Part shown: positions 11,130 to 21,941 of the stretch, piece by piece
Numbering within the stretch: the first letter of the stretch is position 1
Layout: each line of letters starts with the position of its first letter
DNA from: Callorhinchus milii
Lineage: Eukaryota
DNA: 64,000 nt
Assembly (NCBI RefSeq): GCF_018977255.1
Contig: NW_024704742.1
Span: 62,126,001-62,190,000 of the forward strand
Reading direction: 5' to 3'
Notes under the pieces: model-generated
What the model saw: only the letters and a program-made list of their open reading frames with translations
Database searches by the model: none
Told to the model about the DNA's origin: nothing
Translations under genes and position numbers: made by a program

Positions 11130-13480
11130 TCCTTCTTCCTCCAGGCTTTTAAAATGCAATCGTGGTATTATCAAACTATGTTACCTCAACTTAACTTGTT
11201 TTTTCTGTTACTATATTCAGATTCTATATTATAATGAAATATAAACTATCACCATAGTTCAAAATAAAATAAAAATTGATGAAATATGTAACATTTCAGT
11301 GTATTTCTAGCATCATTATCATAACATAAATTGTAAGCAATTCTTGACAATGGTTCCATTTATATTTTTTCCACCTTTGTAATAATGAAAAGAATGTTTT
11401 AATGTTCTTTTTGATAAATTTTAAATGTTGGTCAGACTACAAACATTACTATTTACCCTCAATACTCTGGAAGTCAGATTTAAAGAAAATTATTAATATC
11501 TTACGAGTTGCTGGGCCTGGATGATAGCAATCAAGTCACCCTGAGAATTTATAAATAAATAAATTCTTAGATACAAATAAATTCTTAGATGTGTATTAAT
11601 TGTTTTGTGTATATATTATATCATGGAATATATTTACAGGGGGATTGCAATAGATTTCCTACAGGCAGTCAAAATAGAGGAATTCTAAACAGCAAGATTG
11701 CAAAGGAAACCACAGATGAAACTGGTGCAACTGGAGCTGGCAGCTATGTTAGATGGATAGGGAAACCATGGAAGAATTCATAAATATTTAACAATTAGCC
11801 TGATAATGTCAAAATGTATTACAGAGTTCGTGTCTCTTCGGAAGAAATTGATAGCACTAATTGCACTATAGTAACAATAATGCATTAACCCTCAGTGTTG
11901 CACGAGTCCTTATGTTACATTCGGTCAGTGAATCAAATAAGTATATTTTCCTCCCTTTTGGGGTGCAATCAGACTTGCCAAGTTTGGGGAACACAGTGCT
12001 GTTCAAGGGCTTCAGTGCTGTTTATTACACCATTTGTAAAAGCAACTGTGTTGTAAAAGCAACGACTCAGCTCGAAGGGTTACTTTTTTCACGTGGAATA
12101 GAGGAGAAACTGCCTTTTCTTATCAAATAACTTTCTGCCGACAATAATAACAAATGAAATGCAAACTTTTATTCCCAGAGCGAAGCTGATTCATGTATTT
12201 AATAATAACCATAATACTTAATCAAAACAATAATATTCTTCAGTCTCCATTCCCCTCGCTGTTTTTCTTTCGAAATCCTTAAAGTTTATGTTTTAAAGTA
12301 ATGCGGTTGAATCGAAATACCTGGACACAAAGTGCCACCGAGAAAAATATTGCGAACGAGTGTTATTTTATTTAAATAAAGATGTTATTTAACCCATTTA
12401 CAGGTCATTTAAATAGACGGTCAATATAAACCTCTGTGGTGCAGTTGGTCTAATAGGTCCCATAACATTGTTTTTAGATGTGTATCTCAAATATTTCTGG
12501 ATGTAACGTGTAGAATCAACAATTGCAAACGTTTATAGATACAGTAATGCCACTTAGAAATGAAAACATGTCAATTGCAAAAGAAATGATCGTGAAGGTT
12601 GAATGGTGAAATGCTAAAATCTATATGTTCAGGGATATGTTTAACAGCTAACTAACTCTTCGGCTCAACAGATAAATAAATGGCTGCATTGGTTACATTC
12701 TGACCAGAGCAAGATCTGTGAGCACCAGGCGCCACGTTAACTGGATTTCTTTAAATAACATTGGAGCAAATGCAGCAATATCCAGGAGTATCGTGGCGAT
12801 AAAGCCCTTTCGTGGCAACAGGGTTTAAAAACCTTTTGCCCAAACATTATGTACGCTCAGCAGTAGTGGCAGACTGCATTCTGACCAGTTCTCTGTACAA
12901 CTCCCTAAATACATATGAGGTGGATGTCTGTCCGGTGGATGGATGAGTAAATGGCAAGTCATTAAAATGCCATTCCACAACATAACTTTCCACTGACGTT
13001 TTATTCCAAACGTTGATAACTAAAGCTCACTCTTACAATGTATATTTCCGTTTAACTTAAATCTTTACGGGGGGGGGGGGGGGGGGTTGCACACTTTTCC
13101 CAAGTCCCTTTCCCAGATCGAAATGAGTCATTTTGGGGGGAGGTTTTTTTCCTGCTTGTTTTGTGTGCTTTACTCAAAATTATAGAAAAGCATTAACCCA
13201 CTCGCCGACACGGCGTGTTGCTGCTCTTTCACAAAGGCACTGGCCGTTCAAAGCACTAAAAGTGAAATTGCAAATTAATCTTTTTACCATTTACCTCTCG
13301 CGAATTCGTGTAGGATGTCATCTAATTGTGGCAATTACATGGCAACGTGTAACATTCCCCATAACATAAGTTCACTGATCACCTCCGATCTGCAATTGTT
13401 TTGCAGTTGGGACTCAGAAATGCAATGCATTAAATGAAGTGCACGATGTGATGCTGAAATCGTGGCGATTACTTTTATTG

Positions 13481-13650
13481 CTTCAAGTCTCAAGACCCTC
13501 CTCTTCGACTGTGCCTTGGGCCACCCTCCGACCCTCTCCTGCCCCCCCACCCCCACCCCACCACCCACCCGGGTCCTAATCCCTGTCTGTTCAGCGCCTT
13601 GGGACGTCCTCCTGACGTGAAAGGCGCTTTTTACAAATATAATGTTGTAA
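13481..13650 (+). mobile_element. L2 3' end (LKTLLFD, 3'UTR, stem-loop)
   Basis: ctcaagaccctcctcttcgactgtgcc...agcgccttgggacgtcctcctgacgtgaaaggcgct. Confidence 0.85.
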
Positions 13651-16370
13651 TGTATTGTAGTGTTATGATGATATTATACCCGGAGAAGTGAAGGAAATGG
13701 AGACGTTCATAATGCATCCGCTTCCAACACTTTTCTATCACTTTTCTATCATAGGTGCAATAAATGTACAATATTTATAATAACAGACAGTACGGTGACA
13801 TTTCAATTATTCGCTGTTTCTCTTAAAAAATCCGTGTTTTCCAACAGCTTTTCCAAACCTCTCTCTTTACTTGTGGCTTTTTCTCCCTTGAGCCCAAGAC
13901 CCTTCTTGTTGATTGATATCTGTAATTTTGCTCTCGTTGCCACTGTTAACGTTCGTGGATTTCAGTTAATCGAACTGGAAGTTCAACCAAAAAAAAAAGA
14001 CTGGTGAAAATTAAATATTCGATTAAACATGTAATAAAGCCTTCTAAAAAAAATCTATCCCCCACCCCCCCCCCACCCCCACCCCACCACCCCCCAAAAA
14101 AATTGTAAATCGACAACTGGCTGAAATATGGTTTAAAATGATTGAAAACATTCCTCTTTTTGTTGGGTGTTGTTGAAAACGAGAATTAACACAAGCAAAG
14201 CTGAGGCACATTCGCACTCACACTCACACTCACACAGAGAGACACAGACACTCAGTGAATAGGAAATCTCCGCTTTCTGCACTTTCACATGAAATCGTGC
14301 GCAGGGCCCGTCATCGGGGCAATGTGCAAAGAAACCTAAGGAAAGTTTTAGTTTAGAGAAAAGATCCTCGAGCTGAGTTCACTGAATCCTTCTTTCTACC
14401 TGTCGTTGGAAAGTTTCATGATAAACTTTCCCTTTAGGATCCTTGAATTGCATTGACTTTCATTTCTGTCTCCATTTCGGGAACTGCACGATTATCACAA
14501 TCACATTCCGGAATAAAAACGGCCCTTTCGATTTTGTTAAATGCTAATATTTGATGTTTTAATGATAGCACACGCTTATTGTATAATCCCCCCCACCCCA
14601 CCCCCGCCATCTCTTGATTTTCTCTATTTGTTTGTGTGGAATAAAGTTTGAAAGCACATCAGACGGATGCTGGAGGAGGGTGTAACAGGAGAATGACCAA
14701 GTGACCCTTTGGTCTGATTACATGTAATTACCTGGAGCCTCAGCCTGTCCGGAGACTGTGATGGCGAGTTTCATTCAGTACAACTGCATTTGTGGGGAGG
14801 GAGGAAACAACAAGAGACTACTCTTAATGCTGTAAATATATTCTCATGCATACAAAGTGTATAAAAAAAAATTCATTCTGATGTTGGGTGTATGTGATAC
14901 CTTGAATTATATCCTCAGACCGTTGTGCCTTTTTATGATTAGCTCTCTTTTTCCTAAAAAAAAGGGAAACCATTGTAAAGGTTACAGCAATTGACCAACT
15001 AAAAGACGCCTTGTTGGCCTTTTCCAACAACCTATTCGTCACTTGCAGGTCAATTTCATCAACTGAAAACGATCTTGAAACAATGATCTATCTGTGTCCT
15101 TGGGAGGTTGGAAACGGCGAGGAGATTAGCGGAGTTAAATCTGCGTTGAGTAAAATAATAACAGGAACTGAAAGTTTTTGAACAAAAAATCAAATAACGC
15201 ATTCTGGTGGGGTTTTTTTTGGTTGCAATGGGGGTTGTGAAAAGGTTAAAATTCTGACTTGCTTTCAAAATCGTCGTTCACTCTGCAAATACAGATCAAA
15301 CTCTCACACACTGACTTACCCCGACTCGCAGTCGGAAATTTACAATTAAAACCTACAAAACCAAATTGCAGAAAAATAGATTGTTCCAAACACATTGCAA
15401 TATCCTCCCATGTTTCTCTCCCAAATACAAAAAATTATAGTTAAGAAATTAGTCTGTAAATCAAAAAAATGCTCACTCATGACAGCACACATCTGTGCAG
15501 ACAATTCCCAAGACTTACAATTCATGTTACATTGTTTTTCCCCAAGAAAGATGTTCAAATCGTATTGCAATCTTTCAAATGATAAGCTCACATCCAACAA
15601 CGGCAAAAAAAAACGATTATTATTTTTTCTGTACCCGTTACAAAAGATATCAAATGATCTTTTGGGTGTTAGCTGAAACTATGAATTGATAGTTCACAAC
15701 CCCACCGTTGTATGAGTAGCTCAGTGGGGTGTGTGTGTGTGTGTGTGTAGTCTGTAGGGTGCTCATAGATATTGAAACGAAATAATGTAAATTCATCAAC
15801 AAATCAATTTCCACTCTTTCCTCATGCACTGTCGGCTATTTCTATTGCATTGTTTGTGTTGCACATGTGTACACTATTTGATTGTGTATATTATTGTGAG
15901 CACTGTATAGACACAACACACGCGCGCACGCACGTTTATACAGTTCATCTACAACTGTGGGGTTGAGAGCAATGAATTCACGGGTTCAGTTTTCATTGCA
16001 ATATCCCGCTTTTCCACAACGCGTTTTCTAAAAAAAAGCGAAATAAAATATTCTTAAATGGACGGACTTTATGTTAGAATTACAGCATCTGAACATATTG
16101 CATGCAAAGCAACATTATGTTTACCAGCAGAACACTCAAAAGCAGGTCCGCAGACATGCAACCCATTCAGACTAAACACCGTCACCATTTTCTCACATCT
16201 TATCGAGTGTGATATAGCATGGAAACGAATACATTATTGAGAAAGAAAGCATGTCTTACTGTACATTGGCATTGGCTTTTACCATAAAATACTCTCCCCA
16301 TTCAGTCCTGACATTGAAGTGCGCCACCTCACGAGAGTCAGGCGCATTACATCGCAACCATTCACACACC

Positions 16371-16371
<1 letters not shown>

Positions 16372-16404
<33 letters not shown>
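16372..16404. repeat. (CA)n microsatellite
   Basis: Directly visible, ~16 units. Confidence 0.95.
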
Positions 16405-16407
<3 letters not shown>

Positions 16408-17414
16408 CTGTTATCTCTTAAAGGGACCGTTACCTTTACCTTTCGGGTGCGTCGGTTACTTCACCTTTGTCCGAATTAACCGAAAGCCCACGTGTGCTTC
16501 ATCCACATTTAAAGGCAAAAGAGACGACAAAAAATAATTTTTTTGAAGGCAGTATGGAAATGCTAATTCACGTTATTAGGGCTACACAGCGACAGAAGAA
16601 TGCAAGTTCTGAATTATATTCCAGTGGGTGTGGGATGCAGCGACATGGTTGTGTAGATTGATTGAAAACATATATTTTATGCATAGAAATTGTATTGCAA
16701 AAACTACAACCAACTGTTTAATTTAACTGCCTCCAGAAAGTGTTTCCCGAATTTCATAATAACTAAAAACTTTTACAAGGTGTGATGGAAAGCGATTGCA
16801 TATTTTATTTGTATGATTAAGCTAATGAGCCCATTATTTGCCTGTTTGAAAAGCAGCTTATATAGATGCGTTTGCAGCTGTGTCATGTACCGAAAGGTCA
16901 TACAGTGCATAAATGGATAATGATTGTGTAAAAACGCGACTCAAAATATTCCCCGCTAAATATTAGTTCTTATTTCGTAGTGTAATCGTATTTTGTTATA
17001 GCCAGAGGATGTCACACATTGAGTATTTATGCTTTGTCACGATATTGTGTGTGTATTTTGTCTTCAATTCCTTTTCAGCTGTGAGAGAAATTCATTGATA
17101 CCTGAATCGTAACTGCGATGCCAAGTCCACCATAGATTCGCACAGGCTCTTATATTCATAGTAATTTGGGTAATAATTCTGTGATCGAAACCGAAGCAGC
17201 AATTTAAAACAAAAATCTAACAACACTTGCAGGCCGTAGAAAACAGAAAAATAACAAGCGAACGTTTTACAGTGAAATTATTATGACTACAATTGTTAAA
17301 TGTCATCTCTGTCTTGATATTGTCCAACCATATTCTGATATAAAACCCAGAATTTTTCGTTATATCATTTGTGCAATGGACTTTACCATCGTACACATGT
17401 AGGCGTTTGCCTAC

Positions 17415-17512
17415 AAGATACAGTCACTACACGTTACAGTAAATCCTGTGAAGCGCTTTGAAATGTCTGCACGACCTGAAAAGCACTGTATCAAATGCAA
17501 GGAATATTATGT
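17415..17512 (+). mobile_element. tRNA-SINE 3' fragment
   Basis: ctgtgaagcgctttgaaatgtc...aaagcactgtatcaaatgcaaggaatattat. Confidence 0.75.
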
Positions 17513-20349
17513 ATTAATGCAGCTGCTGTCTTACCCGGTAAGTCAAGTTGAGAGCAAATGGCATCATTTTGTTTTTAATATTCTACTTGGTCTAATGTAT
17601 CGTGGTGCCGTTTCAATGCTCATTTGAGGAAAATGCAAAATATAATTTTCGCTTCTAAAGGCAGAATTTGAATTGCAACAACAAATGGTAACAGAGACTA
17701 TTGAAAATATACAGTATAATCTGACAAAAAATCGCACTTTGGAAATGGACGTGATCCTCATTCCGCCAGGAAGTCAGAAGAGTATGCCATTGGTTTGCGA
17801 TCACTTTGAAGGGAAGGTATTGATAATAACATTTTTTTAAAAATTTGGTGAGAAAAACTATTTTAGAGCACAGTTTGAACAATTATAAACTGACTTTGTT
17901 ATTCAAATATAGGATCCGTTCTCAAGAGAAGATGATTGTTTTACAATTCTCCCAATTAACAGAAGAAAACTGACGAGGTTTATTTTCGTGGGTCCAAATA
18001 TGTTCAGTTTGTTGTGGATCAGATATTACAAACTCAACAAGTGACCCATCCAATCTGAGCTGCACAACATCTCTCATGTAATTGGGAAGACGGAAGGCAA
18101 TGCTCCCAGCTTTAGTTTCTGTACATACTGACCATTTACCCCGTTGACTTTACCCTGGTCAATATCGAATACCAATGTGCCATACAAACAACACTAAACA
18201 CATCCTATTTTAAACGATAGGGTTGAAGGGCACAACTTATTCCTGTTTGTGGCAAATGCCAAACATGTTTGAACGGTAAACGCATTCCCAACACATTTCT
18301 GTCACTGCCGGACGCTGTTTCACCTCAGATGCGTCTGTCTGTCGCTTCTACAGTATTTCATTTCATGTCTTGTTTTCCTCAATTGAATCGTTCTCACTTC
18401 GCTTTTACAATTTTTAACGCGTTCTACTTTGCAAACCAGACATAAAGTACGGGGTGGAGGGGGGGGGGGGGGGTGGTTAGCAAATGTCTTTGCTGAGGAA
18501 GACAATTCTTGGAAAAGTCTTTTTATATAAATGTGTAACAGTTGAATGCAGCCGAAGCAAACTGCCTTCTCGGGACAGTGCTTTTGCGATTTCCCAGCAC
18601 TGTTTTACGGAAACAACTGCATTGCCCACCACAGCACTGGAATAAGGAGGAATAAGGAATAAGAATAAGTTGATTCCGTTTATTGAACCGTTCAGTGTTT
18701 TGGTGGCCTGGGATAGCTTACCAAACATTAAGGCATTAAGGAGAACGTTAACTGAAGTCATCACTGGAGTTTATAATATATATCAAACTACATTTCAGTT
18801 TGATGCTCAGTACAGGCTTTGTGCACTACGATAGTGTGATCTGAAGGTAACAATTCTTTCTAGAAGCAAGCAATAAGGTCAGGGTAAGAACAGGACATGA
18901 ACATCCCAGGTACTGGAATGCTTTCTGGGGATTCCTTACTCACCACTGCCAAACCCACCGGATGTTTAAGCTTACCACAAGATTTCATTTTAGAACTTAG
19001 ATGAAACATAATAAGGAATAAATCTGAATTGCTCCCTACCCCCACCCTAAACTGAAACATGTTGTTTTGTTACCAACCAGTCAGCAGAATCAATCAAGGA
19101 TCAATCAAATGTGGGTTGTAATACCACACATTAACATGCTTACAAGACAAAACAAGACTATACTTTTACCAGTATTTATGTTTTTGAACAATCTCTAAAG
19201 CTCCCCTTCCCGACACCCACCCACAAACCCACTTCCCAGTGCGTTTTAAATAATGTAAAAGCGAAATGTTATTTGTTCTGTTCCTTTCAAGAACTTCTTT
19301 GGAAATCCGGAGGAGACATAAAACAGAAGACATTACCCTGCCTGAGACTGCCTGCGTATTTCACAGAGTTTCTCTCTCGTTGCCGGATTAAGCCTAATGT
19401 ATGTTGTGCTCTTATCAGCCCCAAACTCCGCGTCTCTTCTCGACCTCAGTCCTCACACACCAGTCCTGCTGAATTTTCAATCTAGGAAAAGAAATGGATT
19501 GCGTGCAAAAGGGTCACATGTAATATATCTCCTGCATTTTGTTTTCTGGTTTGACTCCGAAAGCTTTTTCTCAAATGATAATGTAAAACCACAATTTTCA
19601 CCAGGAAATGTATGTTACCAACTTCAAGTCTGTGTGTAAGACGTCCTTTAGTCTGAAGTTTCAACGAATCCAATGATTTGTCTACAGACGATCTGGTCTT
19701 GTGATTTGGGGCCCATTCTCTTCACCCAGGATTTCTTTTAATCCTCCAAACTTGAGTCTGTTAAATTGGCCTGGCGTTTGGTTCTTGATCTCTCTGATGT
19801 GCATGAAAAGATAGATAGCAGCACAATGCGAAACTCTGGGCATTCGCCATGTGAGTAAAATACTCTAACCTATTACGAGCAGAGTAAGGGAGGAACGGCG
19901 TGAAGTTATTGGTTAGTATTAGTTACCTTTGCACAAACAATTGGTTTTATTTTTTTTAACCGGGGCTGCAAAGAAAAGAAATCATTTCGCTGTTCAATCA
20001 ACGTCTTACCAGAGCATTGGTTTCGTGTTAAACATACTATAGATCTCCCACCTTCGGATTACATGTAACGTAGGTATCACCGGTGTTTGTATTTCTTTAA
20101 AAAAAGAGGAAAATGGTTCATTTTTGTTTAACGACCTTTCCTGCTACAACCACCACACACACAAAAAAAAAGCATATTTCAAGATGGGTGTGAACATTAG
20201 CTGTTTACGAGAATATTTTTCTCGTGTTGTTAATTTCATTATGCAAAGGAATTGCAAACCAATCTAAAAAGCCAGCCCCCTCCCCCAGCAATTACAAAGG
20301 TAAACAGTCGCAAATTTTAATGTAGTGACTTTTGCGGGCCTCCCCTTCA

Positions 20350-20420
20350 GTCGTGCGATTGGCCAGACATCTCTCTGACGACATATATTAACCCAAACCA
20401 CCCTAAACATGTAGCTTTAC
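20350..20420 (+). promoter_or_regulatory. hand2: HAND2 core promoter (CCAAT, half-CRE, TATA); predicted TSS ~20412-20420
   Basis: ATTGG 20358-62, CCAGAC 20363-68, TGACG 20376-80 and TATATTAA 20384-91. 'agctttacatggagatc' lies ~25-30 nt downstream and resembles the 5' end of mammalian HAND2 mRNA as I recall it (unverified). Confidence 0.75.
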
Positions 20421-20881
20421 ATGGAGATCAAATTCAAAAACTGCTGCTGGTGCTCAGGGCTGGGTCTGAGTCTCCACTGGATCAAAATATTGGACCGCGA
20501 TTAACGAACGAATCGTCCGCTACACTGGACACTGCTGCTTTCCTGCGAGGAAGTTATTTTTTTTTTTTTGCAAGACGTTTTTTTTTCTTATTTATATCCA
20601 CTCTTTTTCTTCTTCTTCTTCTTCCTCGGGGGTGGAGGAGGTGGGGTGGAGTGGGGTGGAGTGGGGGGGGGGGGGGGGCGGGAGGAGAGAAAAAAAAAGA
20701 GCCCAACTTGGAGCCCAACTCGCTTTAAGGTTCGGATTTTTTTTTTCTCTTTTTTTTCCCCCAATGAACAGTTATTTAATGCAAAAGAAGGGGAAACAAT
20801 CCAGGGATTAAACAGCACAATGGAGGAAGTCGATTGTAAGTAAAGCACCGTGATATTTAATACCCTAAAAAATAGTTATAT

Positions 20882-21001
20882 CCACCCCCCCACCCCCCAG
20901 CCCCCACCCCCAGCCCCCCACCACCCCCCAGCCCCCCACCACCCCCCAGCCCCCCACCACCCCCCAGCCCCCCACCACCCCCCAGCCCCCACCACCCCCA
21001 G
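20882..21001. repeat. C-rich 18-bp minisatellite (CCCCCCAGCCCCCCACCA)n in the predicted 5' leader
   Basis: About 5-6 near-perfect units, directly visible. Confidence 0.9.
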
Positions 21002-21401
21002 TCGGTAGAGTTTTTTGCTTTGATCATCGGTGGGAAAAAAAAGTGGGAAAATATTTGAAGCGAACCTTTGCAAAACACACACGCATCTCGCGTGTGAGTG
21101 CGTGGGGGGTTTTTTTTTTGGAGAGGAGGAGTGGGGGGGAGCGTGGTGTGTGTGTGTGTGTGTGTGTTTTTGGGGGGTGTGTGTGCGTGTGTTTGTTTTT
21201 CTTCCTTTTTTAATTCTTGCATTTTTGAAGGCTGCAAAAAAAAAAAAAACCCACAAAGCGAATAAAAAGAAAGGACTTGCGGGAGGGGGGTGGGGGGGGG
21301 GGGGTTGGGTGTGTGTGTGGAGGTGGGGGGTGTGGGGCGGGGGGTGTGGGGGGGGAGAAGAAGAAGGGGAGAAGGGGAAAACCCGCCGATATAATCGAAA
21401 G

Positions 21402-21941
21402 ATGAGTCTGGTTGGAGGATTCCCCCATCACCCAGTGGTACACGAGGGTTACCCGTTCGCGGCGGCGGCCGCGGCGGCCGCGAGTCGCTGTCATGAGGAG
21501 AGCCCCTACTTCCACGGATGGCTCATCAGCCACGCCGAGATGTCGCCCCCCGACTACAGCATGGCACCGTCCTACAGCCCCGAGTACGTGAACGGCGCCG
21601 CCGGGCTCGACCACTCCGCCTACGGGGGGGTGTCGGCGGCGGCGGCGGTGGCGGCGGTGGCGTCCGGGGTCCGTCCGCCCAAGCGCAGGGGCACCGCCAA
21701 CCGCAAGGAGAGGCGCAGGACTCAGAGCATCAACAGCGCCTTTGCGGAGCTGCGCGAGTGCATCCCCAACGTGCCCGCCGACACCAAGCTGTCCAAGATC
21801 AAGACCCTGCGCCTGGCCACAAGCTACATCGCCTACCTCATGGACCTGCTGGCCAAGGATGACCAGAACGGAGAGACCGAGGCCTTCAAGGCGGAGATCA
21901 AGAAGGTGGATGTCAAGGAGGAGAAGAGGAAGCGGGAGCTG
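21402..21941 (+). CDS. hand2: HAND2 (heart and neural crest derivatives expressed 2) exon 1 CDS, 180 codons including the bHLH domain
   Basis: [30 protein letters not shown]...[75 protein letters not shown]...EEKRKREL, followed by the donor CTG|GTAAGG at 21942. Confidence 0.98.

Noticed and set aside
20857..21256. Gly-rich or Trp-rich repeat ORFs (GGGGLG, WWGAGG)
   Set aside because: Translations of the C-rich minisatellite.
21030..21401. 124-codon in-frame N-terminal extension of HAND2 (315-aa ORF)
   Set aside because: It starts at GTG, is built from homopolymers and GT repeats that lack stops, and has no ATG. The conserved HAND2 start is at 21402. The ORF tail [11 protein letters not shown] is intron read-through.
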